Source: Fimicolochytrium jonesii (lineage: Eukaryota). From it: DNA of 64,000 nucleotides. The stretch covers positions 124,001-188,000 of the forward strand of contig NW_026515675.1 in assembly GCF_025526975.1 (NCBI RefSeq). Direction: 5' to 3'. Shown here piece by piece: positions 1 through 19,048 of this stretch. The notes under the pieces were generated by a model. That model was not told the DNA's origin, did not search any database, and saw only the letters and a list, made by a program, of their open reading frames with translations. Each line of letters opens with the position of its first letter. The stretch's first letter is position 1. The position numbers were made by a program, and so were the translations under genes.

Positions 1-403
1 GGGTTCGTGTCTTTCGTGGTGATCTTGGTCCAGATGCTTGAATTGATGCGAATGGATCAATGAAAAGTTAGGAACATTCTCTGTTGGAATACGTGAACAC
101 GCACACACAAAGGGAAGGGCCTCAAACCTACATCACTGCATTCGCTGTAGGATCTCCGGAAGCGACAGAATGCTCAAAAGTGACTGGCACCGAGGCGTTC
201 GCAACCAGGGATGACGTTGGGACGAACTTGGGATGAGTTCGCCCGAGCGCCGGGATGTTGATGATGGGCTGACTGTAGGCAAGATTGCTCACGACCGGGG
301 CCAGGCTCGGCTTTGTCGCAGACGGCGCAGCGGCCTCCTTCGCCGAAGCATCGCCGAGGGAGAGAACAATCGCCCAGAGGCTTGCTGCGGTGATCAATTG
401 CAT
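1..403 (-). CDS. PhoD-family alkaline phosphatase, 5' exons (gene runs off the window start)
   Basis: Signal-peptide-like N-terminus; FEHSVASGDP motif; after an intron the frame continues as IWTKITTKDTN, typical of the PhoD N-terminal domain. Confidence 0.8.
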
Positions 404-2146
404 CGCGATGAGTACTACCTAATGCCCGGGATGCCAGACTCGTGGATTGTAGGGGAGGGAACTTTGCACATTCGCTTTTTATACGCGGACAAGCCAAAGG
501 ACCTGTTCGTTTCCTCTTCCAAATCTCAGTAGACGCTTTCGAACGCATCACCATCTTGATCGAACTGACGACCCTCTGGCGCACAGAACGCAGCCTGAGT
601 AACGCTGGTGAGAGCCATAGATGAAGGACAAGTGCTCCTCGTGGTGGGACTCGTGCCGGAGACCACTACGGGAGCGGTGCGGGAGCGGGGAACTGGAACA
701 TGAGGAACTGGTTGATGTCGGGAAAAGACCACGTGCACTGTCGAATGCGCCTGTCAACGTCCTCGCGGTCACACAGCAAGAACGTGGAAAGCGCGTGTTT
801 TTTCTCCGCGGCCTCCGATGATATTTGAATGCGACCGGAGCAGACATACACTTTGCCCAGCATCTGCAACGACCCCAAGGAGGGATGATTGGAAGGTTTC
901 TGTGCCAGTGCTCATCAGATCAGGTTGAACGATTTGTGCTGGTCATTTCATAAGTTTCCCAATCAACGTTTAGGCATGGAGTCCATTTTTCTTCCCTAAC
1001 AGATGCTGCATTTGATAGTGCCTCAACACAGGGTCTTGCAGAAAGCCTTTCAATTCTGCATCAGCGCCCAGGGAGTTCGTTGTTGAAACCGTTGTTCTGT
1101 CTGCGGTTGGTTAGGTTTACCGTTGTTGGTACGGGACGTAGCGCAATTTGGAGCGTTGAGCCCACAGCAACACGTAACATCGCTATGCTCCCCGTCCAGA
1201 CAACTCGTTGCCTGTTGGTATGTAGGATGGGATCGCCCATGCAGTTCGAGCGACGCGAGCAATCGGGTTCTTCGAGATGGTTCATGAAGCACCAAGCCCC
1301 GTTTTGAGGCGGCTGTTTGGGATTCGGCGACGTGCAAAGGGAATGCACTTGAGAACTGGTGCGTTGCAGAACGTCATTTTTGACGAAGTCCCGCTCCGAT
1401 CTGTTCCGGCCACACAGAAAGAAATAATTTGACAGGGACTTTGCCGTATCCGAGTCCGTGGTTATAGTGGGTTGGGATTCCGGCGGCACCACGGGTCTGG
1501 TTCCGGGTGTGTCGCCCACCCAGCTTGTGTCAAATGTTTGTCATTTGTGCGCGATGCGGTGTTCCATTGACATGGACGTCCACCAGTGGAAATTGTCCCT
1601 CCACACGATTCATACATATAACAATCCTTGGGCGCCCGCATGTGTTGCTGCCACAAGAGACACGCAGAGACACGCCACCGCTGGAGAACAGGGAAATGTC
1701 ACTCTCATCAGGCTGCTTGAGCTGGTCCCTGTTTTCGGTTTGTGTGCTGTATGTCAACCGTTTAGCAAGAACGGAACGATCCCCATTCCGTGTGTTTCGA
1801 TTGCGCCGAGTCCTGTAAAGTGTCCGTGTAGGAGGACGTCTTTCCTATTCCATTCAGGCCTCCAACGTTTGGCAAGTGTGAGGTGTGAGGAAATCCTCAA
1901 GATTCTACGATACGCGTCGTCGCCTGCTCGCCTGAACGCCCTACTATATTATATACTGTACAAGGCATTCGTATCAACATTTGCGGTCTTGAACGTTGGG
2001 ATCTGATAGAGCAGGATTGACGTCCTTTGCACTGCTCCCCTGTCCTCGCAACGCGTTGAAACACTACAGCATTCAAAGGCAGAAATTCGTGGGCCGATTA
2101 CTATATACCGAATAGACTTGCGAAAAGGAAGCAACTTCCCTTCGGC

Positions 2147-5100
2147 ATGCTGGGGAGTGAAGACATTCGGCGTGTCAAGCCGGCACGTCGGGTCGACAGG
2201 GTCGACAGGAGTCGGGTTCCGCCAGGAAGGTCGAGAATGAGCGACATCCGCACACCTTCGCCACCACTCTCCGCCCGAAGTATGGCTTCTTTACCGCGGT
2301 CGGAAATTGCCGACGAGGAGCATCTGTTGAGACATGCAAATATGAAGCTTTGCACATCGATATATCCATACACGGCCGACATGAACGATGAACTGTCATT
2401 CGATGAGGGACAGGTCATACGCGTCGTGCGTCAAGTGGAGGGAGGCTGGTGGGAGGGCCTACTGGGTGAGCGCATTGGGTGGTTTCCTGCCAACCATGTT
2501 GTTGACCATCTCGTCACAGCCGAGGATCGTGACGAGCAGGTGTGTACATCGAGCATGGAGTTTACGAGAAGACGGACTGACCAAATGACTTGGGCTTCGT
2601 CTCGCAGATGCACGGACTTGAGGTGACGCGGGAGCAGGTGGACAAGCTGAGACTGCAAACAATCATGCACAACAATGAGCAGGAAGAGAGACGAAAGATC
2701 CAGGCGGGCCTGGAGACGCGGGAAGTGGAGCGAAGCAGGATCTTCGACACATTCGTCGCTGCGGAAAAGCTCTATGCCGATGGTCTAAGAAAATTTATAG
2801 ATGTACGGGAGGACACTTAACCAGCATCCGCGGCATATCCAATTAATCGCTTTTCGAAATGCAGGAATTTGTTCAACCTCTTCGCGAAGCGAGTTGGTTT
2901 CCGCCAGAACACCACAGAGCCATGTTCGGGAACATCCATGATGTCCTTGAATACGAGATTTCGTTCTCTTCAACCGTCGGAACTTCTGAAGCGGGCGTTG
3001 CCAGGGCGTTTCTCCACATGGTAGGTTGATATGTACAGATTCCTGCATGTGCTCGAGTTAACAAGAGGCCTCAACTAGGCGGACCGCTTTCGGGATGTGT
3101 ACACGGAGTACTGCGTGGATCTTTCACAGGCCGTCTCAATGACGACTCAATACGTGACCCACACGCAGCTCCTAGAGTTCCTGCAGGTAACTTCTGTTCG
3201 ACATGTTACTTTTCGATGAAAATTCTAAGGAGCTAACTCGTTGCGCCAATCAGACCACGAGCGCCGACACCAGTCCTCCCGTTCTGCACTTGGTGTCGAG
3301 CCTCCACAAACCCGCGCACTGGAAGAACCGACTTCAGGTCCTCATGCGCCAGCTGCTGGAAGCGACGAGTAGAGATCATAAGGAATATGAACTACTCGAG
3401 GACGCATGCGAGAAGCTGGGGGCTATCTTGCAACACATTGGCGATGTAAAACGCATCGCTGAGACGAGAGAGATGATACGAATCATCGAGAAGCAGATTC
3501 ATGACTGGGAGGTACGTACTCGACCTTCCGCAGTTACCGCCGTTCCCACTTCAGCGACTATACTGAAACTCAATTCTACAGGGTCCCAGTTTGGCGTCAT
3601 ATGGAGATCTCCTCCTATACAGTAACCTCAAGTTGCTAGAAGGAGCACGGAAGAGGGAGCGTCGATTCTATCTTTTCGAGAAGCTTCTTATCATCGTCAA
3701 GCCAGAGGATCATGGTAACATGACGACCAGCCTGAAGCTCATTGAGAAGGTTTTGATCGAGAAGAGCGTACTCATCAACCTGGGGGATAGCTCGGAAGGA
3801 GATGGTAAGAGAGCAAAATCTTCACAAGTTGAGAATGCTGCCCAACCATTGACATCCCGCAACTCGTTCAGCATCCAACCTCTCCTTCCACTTGGCCCAT
3901 CAGAGCGAAGATGGTCGCGTCAGAACCCTTTTGTGTACAGCTTTGAACCCCGAACAGAAGACCCAATGGGTGAAAGCGATCACTGACTTGATACACAAGA
4001 ACGCACATCCGAAGGGCTCTCGCGACATGGAAACCTCCACAGTCGTTTCCGACTTGAAACTGGAAAACAAACCTATCCGGAACTTGAGATGGCTGTCCTC
4101 TTGGAGTGACAAGATCCGACGAAAGCGGCCCAGCATGCCGAACCTGAGGGAGTACGGACGTCCAGAGTCACATCGCTTGAAGCGCCCGAAAGGAGACTAC
4201 AAGTCGATCTCCATGGCTCATCTTGGTGCCCATGATCGTGAGGATCTAGTTTCCGAACGAGGTGGTGGGTTGCGGACGAAACCCCCTCTGGCAAGCGACT
4301 TGGCGCATGAGACTGAGAAATCGGAAAGAAAATCGTCCCTTCCACATGCGGATCAGGAAGATGGCCCGTCCCACAAAGCCCTTAAGCGAAGTGCGTCCAT
4401 TCATCGCACATCGGATTCAACCAGGCCTGTAATGGAAATTCAAGGTCCCTCAATCGAAGGAGTTTGGGGTAGCATCGGAAAAAGGAGGCGTTTGGCATCG
4501 GACGAATCCGAGAAACCCTCAATCCACACTCGCTTGCATCGCCGCAATGCAACGAGCTCATCGACCGCATCGACACTACGCAATAGCGCGCACAACTCGG
4601 TTGGTGACGATAAGGCGTCGATGATCGTCAGAGAACGCCTGAACTCCCATTCCTCCGAACAAGTTACTGCCGCATCCTCCCAAAGTAGCAGCCCTGCCAG
4701 CTTTTTGTGGATGCAGTCTGCGAATACTTCGTCCTCCTTTCCTTCCCAGCCTGCGATCCCGACCAGGTCCACGAGCGGAACATTCGTTTCCTCTCCGCCT
4801 GACACACCAATTCCCGATGGCGCGCAGGAGCCGCCCGAGGTTCTGGCGCCTATCGCGAAGCCGATGCGAACCAGCGTCGTTCAGACTCTTGAAGAAAAGG
4901 CCGCAGCAAGCCCGTTACCAAAGAGCCGAACACACAAACGACATCGACGGCACGAAAGTCAGCCGATGGTCCGACTAGACCATGAGCGACCGCTGGACGA
5001 TGTCGCGCTAAAGCGGGAGCGCAGCATACGTCGCTCGTTGCCGCGCGACTTCCCTGCTGCGGCTGAGAGGGATCGAGCGTATGAGGAGTTGATGAAGTCG

Positions 5101-6999
5101 ATGGGCCGTCATCTGCCAGAGGCGGAGAACAACCAGAACAGGAACTCGAAGAAATCTTCAGGCACCTTTTCAACGTCGCAGCGCCAGCCTTCTCCGATAA
5201 GTCAGAGCGAATCATCCGTTCAAGTGCCCTCCGTAGTCACGTTACCGATGCCGACGGACCTTGGAACCGTGAGCAGCGCAGGGGAGACGATTGAGCACAC
5301 GGACGATTTCCCGCTACGACGGGATTCCTCCTCTGTTCGTGAATATCCCGTTCTCTGTACATCCCAAGTTCCGACACTTCACGTGCGCTCAAGGTCTTCC
5401 CACACCTATGCCGAGTCCATCGCTCCAAAGTCTCGTCCTTCCCTAGCCCCGTATTCGCAAGGAGGGTCGCGTCAGTTCCCGTACAGCCTGAGTACGTCGC
5501 CCTCAACATCGACACTCAACTCGATGGGAAAGTCGGGGTTCCAGCGCAAATCGTCGATTGCCAATTTGGTAACAAAAGTCAGAGGGTCCATCCGATCGCT
5601 GTTCAAAACGGAACCGGCAGAACCCGTCGTTCTTCCTTCCGTCGTGCACAATACATCCCAATCTGGACCCTATCTCAATTCAAAGACCCGGAAGTCTAGT
5701 TTTGCTGATTTGCGGCAACTCTTCAGTAAGGGCAAAGGGAAGGACACCATCTTGCAAGCTAATCAAAGCACGCTGTCGGTTGACCGGCACGGCCTACGAT
5801 ATCCCGCGGCGACGCTTCCTCGCAGAGCTCTCACGCCCGTGGTCGAATCTTCGCCACCGAAAAGTTCCGCAAACAGCGCAGCACGTGACCCTCGCCCTTC
5901 AAAGGACACCGAGAATCGATCGCCTCGCACCAGCAGGTCGCTACCCTCGCTCGCTCGAGAATGGCCGGTGCAGTCTAGTACCGCCTCTAGAATACCAACC
6001 CCCCCTGCCGGCAGTACCGTTCAGGAGAGTGTGGAACAACAGAGATCAATCGTCGGCGGAGAGGCTCCTCAGGATGGACCAAGGGGATATTTGGATAGCG
6101 GCGTGTACGGGTTGACAGGACGAACGAGTGGCGGAGTTGAGAACGAGTACGTGGTCACTGAACATGGAACCTGGTCGTACAAGTCAGGGCCGGTGCGCAC
6201 GCAGCGAGATTTTCTTGTATCCGAACGCAAGGGAGATCCATCCACTTCGGCAGAGGTGTCTCCGAAGGACATGGGCGGCGGAGAGGCATCAACGGTGCTG
6301 GCAGACTTTCCCAAACCTGTTGCGCCTGTCCCTGTCGATCATCACGCACCAACGCCCATGGATAAAAATCCTGCAGAGCATCCAACACGCAGAGAATCCC
6401 TCCTAGTAGCGCAAGCGCCCGAACTCGCGACCAAGCCTTCAATCGGTGAAGTTAGTTTTCGGTCAGGGACTAGTTGGAGCACGGCCACGCGAAAACTCAG
6501 TCGAAGGTCATTCCCACCGCCTTATCTGGATAGCGACAGCAGCAGTTATGCGTCGTTTTGCAAAACACCACCCAGACCCATCCGGCATAACCGAGTACTG
6601 AGACGTGTTAAGAGTAACCTGGGAACGCTGGACCCTGAGTACTCTCGCAATCTGAGCGCTTTGGTGAATCCAGGCGCTTGCTCGCAGCAACAGCAGCAGC
6701 CGGAGGCAAATCGCGTCTCGAACGAACCGAGGGGAGCTCAGGTCCCTACGAAGCCACTGCCCACCACCACCCTGCGTGCTCAGACTGACGCACGCAGTAC
6801 GGACGACGAACAGGTCGACTACGGCCCAATCATTGGGCGATTGGATGTAGTTCCGATGCGCGTTTATGCTGACCTTGTCCGGAAGTTCGACGCCATGCAG
6901 GCAGAGATTCAGGAGCTGAAGGATCACGTCAAGGCAGTGGAGCAACAAATGCAGGCAGCCGGTAGATCACCCGAATCCATAATGCCCGGCATATCTTGA
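2147..6999 (+). CDS. Multi-exon SH3-DH-PH Rho guanine nucleotide exchange factor with long Ser/Pro-rich tail and terminal coiled coil
   Basis: SH3 (YPYTADMNDELSF...GGWWEG...GWFPANHV), DH-like helices (AEKLYADGL, MFGNIHDVL), PH-like exon (ERRFYLFEKLLIIVK); GT-AG introns between ORF fragments. Confidence 0.8.
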
Positions 7000-7112
7000 G
7001 AAAACGGCGTAATAGAGCTATATTGATTGTGCTACGATGTCTACGATGTACATAAAACTTCCATTACCAATCGAGATTTTGCAACAGTCTAGCCACACGT
7101 TCGAGCCATTAA

Positions 7113-7916
7113 CTATTGTATCGCGCAGTCGCCGCTATTCTGAAAAGGTTACATGCGATCAGCTTTTGGAGAACATCTCGCTCCGGTTTCACGACGGCGG
7201 TCAACACACCTTCGAACTACGCCTCGCCGGCTGCGACCTGTTTAGCGCTGCATTCCCAGCCTTAATGGCAGCCGCCGACCGCTGCGGTTGTTTCCCTGAC
7301 GCCGACGAGCCCCTGGAAGACGGGGCACTTCCTTTGCAATCATGCGACAGCTCAGATCGATGACTTATGCAGTACTTTTTGCCGCATCTCGAGCACATGA
7401 TTGGTAATAGCTCCTTTTTCCCACATCTTCTAAACGAACAGACATTCGAATACGCCGGAGCCGTCGAAGTCGCTTCCTCTGGACATCCTGCATTGATATG
7501 CGCCTCGACGCGTGTATTTGGATCTTCCCCTCGTTTCGTCGGTACTATGCGGTTGCAGACTGGACAGGTCACTGCCCGGGCATCGGCGAGATGGGGGGGA
7601 AGGTCTGGGCAGACGTGCCCGCGTTCTGGGGTGGAGGACTTTGATGGGTCGACGGGGATGGGGTTGAAGTGTGGTTGGCAAAACACCTGTCCAAGGTTTT
7701 CCGTAAGTCAGCATAACCGCAGGCCAGCGGAAATGAAAAACATATTGAGGTCCTCTTACCTCCTCACAATGTAAGCATTTCAATGGTAGGAAGTCTATAG
7801 TTTTCCCGGAGACGAATGAGTATGGATTCTTGTTCGGACTTCGAGGGACAATGAGATTTACCATTCTGATTGCAGTGAGGAACGGTGCAGTGCTTTCCAA
7901 GGTTCGGGAGCTCCAT
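7113..7916 (-). CDS. AN1-type zinc finger protein (ZFAND2/AIRAP/Cuz1-like) with predicted C-terminal CAAX
   Basis: Spliced MELPNLGKHC..HC..DFLPLKC..C..FC..H; central CPVC..H..AGC; second AN1 finger; inferred last exon NSGDCAIQ*. Confidence 0.85.
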
Positions 7917-8258
7917 AATGACTTCTTCCTTTCGCCGTCGTTGAGATGTTCAGTGCTTCACTCTGCGTATTCTAGTCCGTGCTGGTGCTTCGCTGCCTTT
8001 TGCGGCCTGTCTTGCGAAACGGAAAGGCCGAGAACTGTATGCGACGCCTCACTTGACGCGATGACAAAACCATGACAAAATTACAGGGAGAAGATTATTA
8101 TATGAAAGTAAACGCTATACAATGAGGGGATGATGGATAGGAAGGTTGCCCATGAGGGAAGAGGGGATATGGCAATCACAAGGCCGAGAATCTACATCTA
8201 GGAAATTCGTAGGTGGTCGCCTCTCGAATCATGTGGGGGTTAGGGTTGGTTGATCGCT

Positions 8259-10103
8259 TCAGAGGTAGTTGGTGTTGTTACCGAGCAGGCCAGCCAAATG
8301 CTCGGACTCATCCATCGAACTCATACTGTCGACGTGTTGCACCATTCCCCCGGCTCCAAAGGCGTCAACGCCCATGGGGCCATTCATGGGGACATTGTCT
8401 CCGGCCGCGGCAGCAGCAGCGACCGCAGCGGCGCGTTGCGCTGCGCTCTCTCTTGGTGGTCGAGGAGGGTTTCCGCAGCGGTCCTTGCCAAAGTTGATTC
8501 GGTATTGGCCGTAGCCTTTGGAGTCGTCCGATTTTAATGCTTCGACGGCTTTGACGGCGCTGGTGAGGTCGACAAAGTTGACGAAACCAATGTTCTTGTC
8601 GGCTATGATGTTGATCAGTTCGATGTCGCCAAACTCGGAAAAGTCCTTCCGCAGGCGGTCTTCAGAGATGGATTCGTCGATTGCCCCTATGTACACGTTG
8701 CGCGAAGCTCCCGACTGGACCGCTGTTGCCACTCCAGGTGGCAGAGCGCTCGGCTTGCCCCATCCAACCTTCAATCGCTTGCCTTTCAGAACGAGGCCTT
8801 CGTAGTTGCCGCGGTTGTAGAAGTTCACCGCAGCGGAGGGGTCGATGAACGTCACGAAAGCAATGTTCTTGTCCGGCATGTACTTAATATTTTGGAGGAT
8901 TCCGCCACGGATGACCTAAGAAACGAAACATGATATATTAGTCACTGCCTCAACTTACTGGCTGTGTTGAAACCTCACGCCACTCACATCACACAGGTCT
9001 TTCGTTGTTACATCAGGGTGTATGCTACCCAGGTACACCGTTCGGTTGGTAGCGCCTCCGCTCAGACCGCTGAATGGGTCATTGTATCCCATTCCATACC
9101 CAACACCCATCCCGTGTCCGAAACTCGTTGCTCCTGCATACACAAGGCCTCCTGGGGTCGTAGGCGGCGATGGGCGTGTGCTTCCGGGGCCCTTCGGCTG
9201 ATACGCGCATCGGTCCTTTCCGTAGTTCACTCTCCGGGTAGCCCACCGTGGCTCATTCGGCAGGTTCTGCACGGCCTTCATGGCAGCGACAATGGATGCC
9301 ATGTGTACGAACGCGATGCGTTTATCGGGGAGGATCTTGACTTGGTCGATCGGCCCAAACTTCCCGAACTCTTGATGCAGCACCGTATCTGTAACGCTCT
9401 CATCGATGTTCCCCAGGAAAACATTCCGAGATGCGCCACCTTGTACTGCCGCGAGGATAGCGGGAGGTATCGGGGTGTGCTTTCCCCATCCAACTTTCAG
9501 TTCCGATGTCTGCAGATGAGGTCGTTTGTTTTGGCACTCCAGATGGAATGCATGGGCAGCGGACGATTCGACGAATGTGATGAACGCGCAGTTCTTCTCT
9601 TCCAAGATCTTCACTTGTTCAAGGGCCCCGCCCCTGACAAGGTTGATTACGTCCTCGTACGTCGTCAGTGATGGCAGATTCCCGAGATACACTGTGCGCA
9701 TCGTGTGATTGAAAGCCTGGTTTCCGGCGAATGTTTGGTTCGCAGCATAGTGCACGGCTGGATACTGAGACGTGTATCCATTCTGGGGGAATTGCACAGC
9801 GTGTTGGAACTGATTTGGCGCCATGCCCTGGTAGGTCGGCATGCCTTGAGCGCCATTTTGATTGTGCTGCTGAGGAGACATCCCTGCCATACCGGCCATC
9901 CCACCCATGCCACCCATGCCGCTCAACACGCTCATGTATCGGCCCATCGAACCAAACTGTTGATATAAGTCGGCATTGTTCTGGTTGTAACCGGCTGGCG
10001 GGCTCGCGGCGAGAGGGTAACCGTACGGTGGCTGAGGGCTAAATCTCGGTTTTTTGTAATTATCAACGGGCGGCTGAGGGCCATAGTCGTTGCTGCGCTT
10101 CAT
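8259..10103 (-). CDS. Four-RRM RNA-binding protein (S. pombe Nrd1 / S. cerevisiae Mrn1-like)
   Basis: Repeated RRMs with RTVYLG / ASRNV(F/Y)(L/I)G, LKVGWGK and (Y/F)GKDRC motifs; Q/M/G-rich N-terminus; one intron near 8.92-8.99 kb. Confidence 0.88.
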
Positions 10104-11675
10104 AGCGGCAATTGTGGGAGGGAGGAACGCCGGCAGTTTGCTGATAGTCAAACTCGGATTAGGAATCACTGAAAATCGGTACACTCGGATAATCTCGTAC
10201 GCACTCACCCTTTCTAATAGGTGCGACAACTGAAAGTTGGCGCGTTCGATTCGGAAGTAAGGTATTCTTCGGCAGCTGCAAATGAAGAATTTTGGAGCGA
10301 ATCGTCAGCTCTGCTATGGGATGAGATCTGCCGGAATCTCAGGCTTCGACACTTACGATATATAGCGAAGTAATCGGGTAAGCTACGATTCTCCAGAAGC
10401 TGTTGGATAGGAGTGGCTTCCGTTAGAACTCTGAGCTGTCCATGAGCAAAGAAGCTTCCGTCTTTCGGCGGCGCCTTTCGCACCTTCGAATAATACGCAA
10501 GGACAGGGTATCAACAGCAGAAAGTCTCATAGAAGAACCGAAATACAGTATGAAGCAGCTTAGTGAGTGTACTAAAATGAAGAGGAAGAATGTCAGGAAA
10601 GCAAAAACGGAAATGGTGGAGATAAGCCTTGTCGAGAGAACAGTCGAGAGAACGACTTGGAGATAGCAGCGAATGCAAAAGCAAGAGCAAGCCTCTCTGC
10701 GAGAAACCGCTGGCAGCACGCTGATCCTCACACCTGTCGGCATCGACCGATTGGAGGCCTGTGACATTTGAGCAACGCGACTGGAGACTTACCAGGATAC
10801 TGCAAAGACCCTTCATGTGGATATGAAGGCGGGATGCAGGTTGTTATTGGGTAAAGCCTCCGATGAGAGTGTCGATCGCCGGCTTGAACCTTCCAGGGCA
10901 ATTGGCGCGAAAATGACGTCTATAGAGGTATCGCGGGGGCCTAAACGCCTTCGTTGACTGCCCAGGATAGAGACGGCAGATAGCTTTCAAGATCTTGCAC
11001 ACAACAGCTGCGGTGCAATCGTCGAGCTATAGTTGCCCGTCTTTGCGGCCGCTGCAAGGGGGGTATATCGAGGCCGTTGGAGGAGTCCAGCGCGTGCGGC
11101 AAGGGGAAGAGCGAAAATTGGGGAGGCACGCACTCAATCAGCGAAGCATCAGCTGGCGTTATCACCACAAGAGTTGGATCGCAAAGCTTGCTAAAGCAGA
11201 AAACGCGCGATCTTAATCAAAATGGTCGGCATTCTCCGATTTCCGGTTTAATCAACGCGCCCGCGCGTTCCATTCAGCGCGTTGTCTGACACTTAGGCTG
11301 GACTGCAATTACAACCACAACCAGCGGCCAAATTGCAGAAAGGTCCACTCACGTAAGCCTCGTTGCGTGCGCTGTGGGTTGCGGCGACAGCCTCTCAAAC
11401 TGCATGTGAAGGCCTTGTCCTCCGCTTCCCTTCACCCAGTTTGCCGTCATTAGTAGTCTAGCGAAGGAACTGGATCTGCATGCATGGAGTGAGCGTGTTA
11501 CTCTCTCGGAGGCAAACTCATGCGCCGCTGAGATCCAATCCAGATGAAATTAACTGCCCGGCACTCCTTCATGTGATGCGACCTCTATGGGGGTTCACAG
11601 ATATTTTTTGAACGTTAACAAAAAGTACATAACAAAATGCATCATTGAAAGAAATCGAGGTCGGTACTTGTGAGT

Positions 11676-12844
<1,169 letters not shown>

Positions 12845-13324
12845 CTTGGCGGGTTACTTAAGATGTGAAGGTGGGAAACTGGAAGCTGCACCTGCTATGG
12901 ATATGCGCTCGCACAACACTGCGGCCAGTTAACGAAGGAGGGGGAGCTGTGCTCTGCTGAAGCTGGTTGGCAACAAGGTTGGTGCAAGAGTCTTCTGACG
13001 CTACTGGTTTTTGAGTTCTGTTTGTTTCTTCTGGACGGTCTCGAATTAGCGGCGGGGAAGCTGAATGCAGTTCGATTGTTTGACGCCTCATCAGATGAGC
13101 GTGCGTGTTTCACCACTGTTACAACACAGTGAGTTGCACGGAGCATAAGGCTTCCGTTGGGCATCACGTGTCACAAAAATAAAAACATTTAAAGTGCATC
13201 CATACACGCGCAAAGCGACACACACAAAATGGGGCACCGATGTTGCCGGGAATTGAACAGCATTTTCGACCCACTTGTCTGGGAACGTCGCTCTCAGAAA
13301 GGTTGAGCGTTCACTCTCACGTAC

Positions 13325-15706
13325 ATGAGGTTACCTCAACAAAGCTTGTTGTCTCAGGTCATTCGCCGCTCAGCCCTGCATCTCGGCCCATTTCGATCAT
13401 CTTGCGTCCATAGTCGTCATATGAACGCGAAGCCTTTCGTCACCATGCAGCGTACATATGAGGTTAGATGGTACCGGTTAAGCTCGGGTGCGATTAAGCG
13501 GAAGGGTAGCTGAATGAGATATTTGCTGCCATATAGGATGCAGTTCAAGCCCTGAACAGCCTCCAGACAAATGCGGCAGTGCTGGAGCAGCTCCGAAAGG
13601 CGGGGAATGCCATGAACCAGCGGAGCATGCCTGAGATGATACAATACGTGGAGCGGATTGGATATAAGGTGGATACGTTCTCAGCTGAAGCGCAGATTGA
13701 GGGGATCTTGGCTGACGGTTGGGAATACTATACGCGAAGGTTTCGGATTTAAACAAACTGAATGTGGTGCACGTAGCGGGAACGAAAGGGAAAGGCTCTA
13801 CTTCTGCCATTAGCGATTCAATACTGCGAAGATTACGACGAGTCGACAACGGAGGGGTGGAACGAAATATCAAAACAGGCATGCAGCGCTACTGTTTGAC
13901 CTTTTAGTCGGGAGATTCACGTCGTCGCTGACATGCGACCCTTCGCACAGGACTCTTCACATCACCGCACTTAATTGAAGCACGCGAGCGGATACGAATC
14001 AATGGAGATCCGATTGAAAAGCAGCTTTTCGCCAAATACTTCTTCGAAGTTTGGGATGCTCTGGGAGCGTCTCGCGCGGTAATCAATGCTTATCTGGCCC
14101 TGCGCGCCGTCTCCGGATGGAATACTGAAGAAGGGCAGATAGACAGCACCTGGTTTTGAGAATACCCCACAGCGACCACAATACTTCAGATACTTGACTT
14201 TGATGGCCATTCATACATTCCTGCAGGAACAAGTAGGCTGCCGTATAACTTGTTTCTCTCTCTCGCACAGAGATCAACCAGGAGCTGACAATATCCTTCA
14301 CCAAGGTTGATGCAGTGGTCCTTGAGGTCGGCATGGGAGGCGAATACGATTCTACAAACGTAGTCGAAAAGCCAATCGTGTGCGGAATAACCGCGCTCGG
14401 GTACGACCACACACCACTACTGGGAACGACACTTGCCGAAATCGCATGGCATAAAGCGGGCATCATGAAGGTTAGTCTCGGAAACCAGAGTGGCCTATTA
14501 TCTGCGAAGTAGCGTGGTCTTAACGTGGGACTAGACTGGGGTTCCAGTGATTTCTGCTCCGCAACCCGCGGAAACGATCCCAGTGTTGGAGAAACGCGCT
14601 GAGGAACGACAAGTAAGTCTATCTTCATCTTTATCGCGTCGGATTCAGGCTGACAAACGTCCGGTTAGGTAGCACGATATGCAGTCATTGACTCAAAAGA
14701 CTTTGAATATGTACAAAAGCGAAAGCTTGGTAAGGAGTGACGAAACCCGTCCTCAAAGTATATTCCCTCAATAACATCATCGCGATTCAGGTCTGCCAGG
14801 AGCATACCAGCAAGCGAACGGCGCGCTAGCCGTCCGATTATGCCAGGCCTGGATCGAGGACCAGAAGATCAAGGGCGTACAGTTTGTCAACGAACAGGCA
14901 GCGATTGATTCGGGGTTGGAGAATGCCAAGTGGCCTGGCAGAGCGCAGAAATATGTGACACCGGATCATCCTGGCGTGACTTGGTATCTGGATGGAGCGC
15001 ATACCAAGGAGAGCATGCAGGTGAGACGGCGGTGTTCAGTGCGCTCGAAGTGCCATCATGTTTCTCACGTGGGCTGTTGCACGTGCAATAGGTCTGCGCA
15101 GATTGGTTCGAACAGGAGCAACAAGGATCAGTTCCATCTACAGAGTAAGTTACACTCTTGCCGGATTCACGCGATCAGGCCTTGAGAGTAACTATACGCA
15201 TTCACGTCTGTTCATAGTGGACAAAGCAGGGTCCTCATATTCAACTGCACAAAAGGTCGTGACGGTATCGTCTTACTCAAATCCTTAGTGGACTTGCACC
15301 GATCCTCGCTCCCGTTCTCCCGCGTAATCTTTTGCTCCAACGATGCGTACCGGCCAGACTTCGGGCCTCAACGTGAGTTTGCGGTGGCCTCCACTACGGG
15401 TTTTGGAATACCGGAATAACACTGACCCGTTTCTCTTCCGGCGACACAGGGGTAGATCAAATCAACAACACAGTATTCCGAGACGAAGAGCTCTTGATTC
15501 AGAAGGAGCTCGCAGCCGCCTGGCGCACGCTGAGCGGCAGCGAAGGTGGCGCGGCAAAGGAGGTTCCGATCGAAATCCAGCCCAGCATCGACGACGCCGT
15601 GCGGTCGATTGTCACGGATACGAATGCGAAGCAAAATGTGCTCGTGACAGGCAGTTTGTATCTCATCGGCGGACTTCTTACTGTTTTGAAGGCACCCACT
15701 ATGTAG
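13325..15706 (+). CDS. MET7: Folylpolyglutamate synthase (Met7/FPGS), multi-exon, probable mitochondrial presequence
   Basis: [56 protein letters not shown] motifs. Confidence 0.92.
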
Positions 15707-15835
15707 AATGAGCCCCGGCGTAGCTTATCAAATCTATACTTGCGAAGCCCAGACATGTCTTCATAGAATCAGACAGACAGGTTTCGGCAATCTAGAAATA
15801 GTCTATTCGAGATTCTCCACCAAGGAAGTGGAAAA

Positions 15836-19048
<3,213 letters not shown>

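Noticed and set aside
420..2100. Numerous short ORFs in the PhoD-RhoGEF and 10.2-11.6 kb intergenic regions
   Set aside because: No recognisable motifs; expected by chance in GC-balanced DNA
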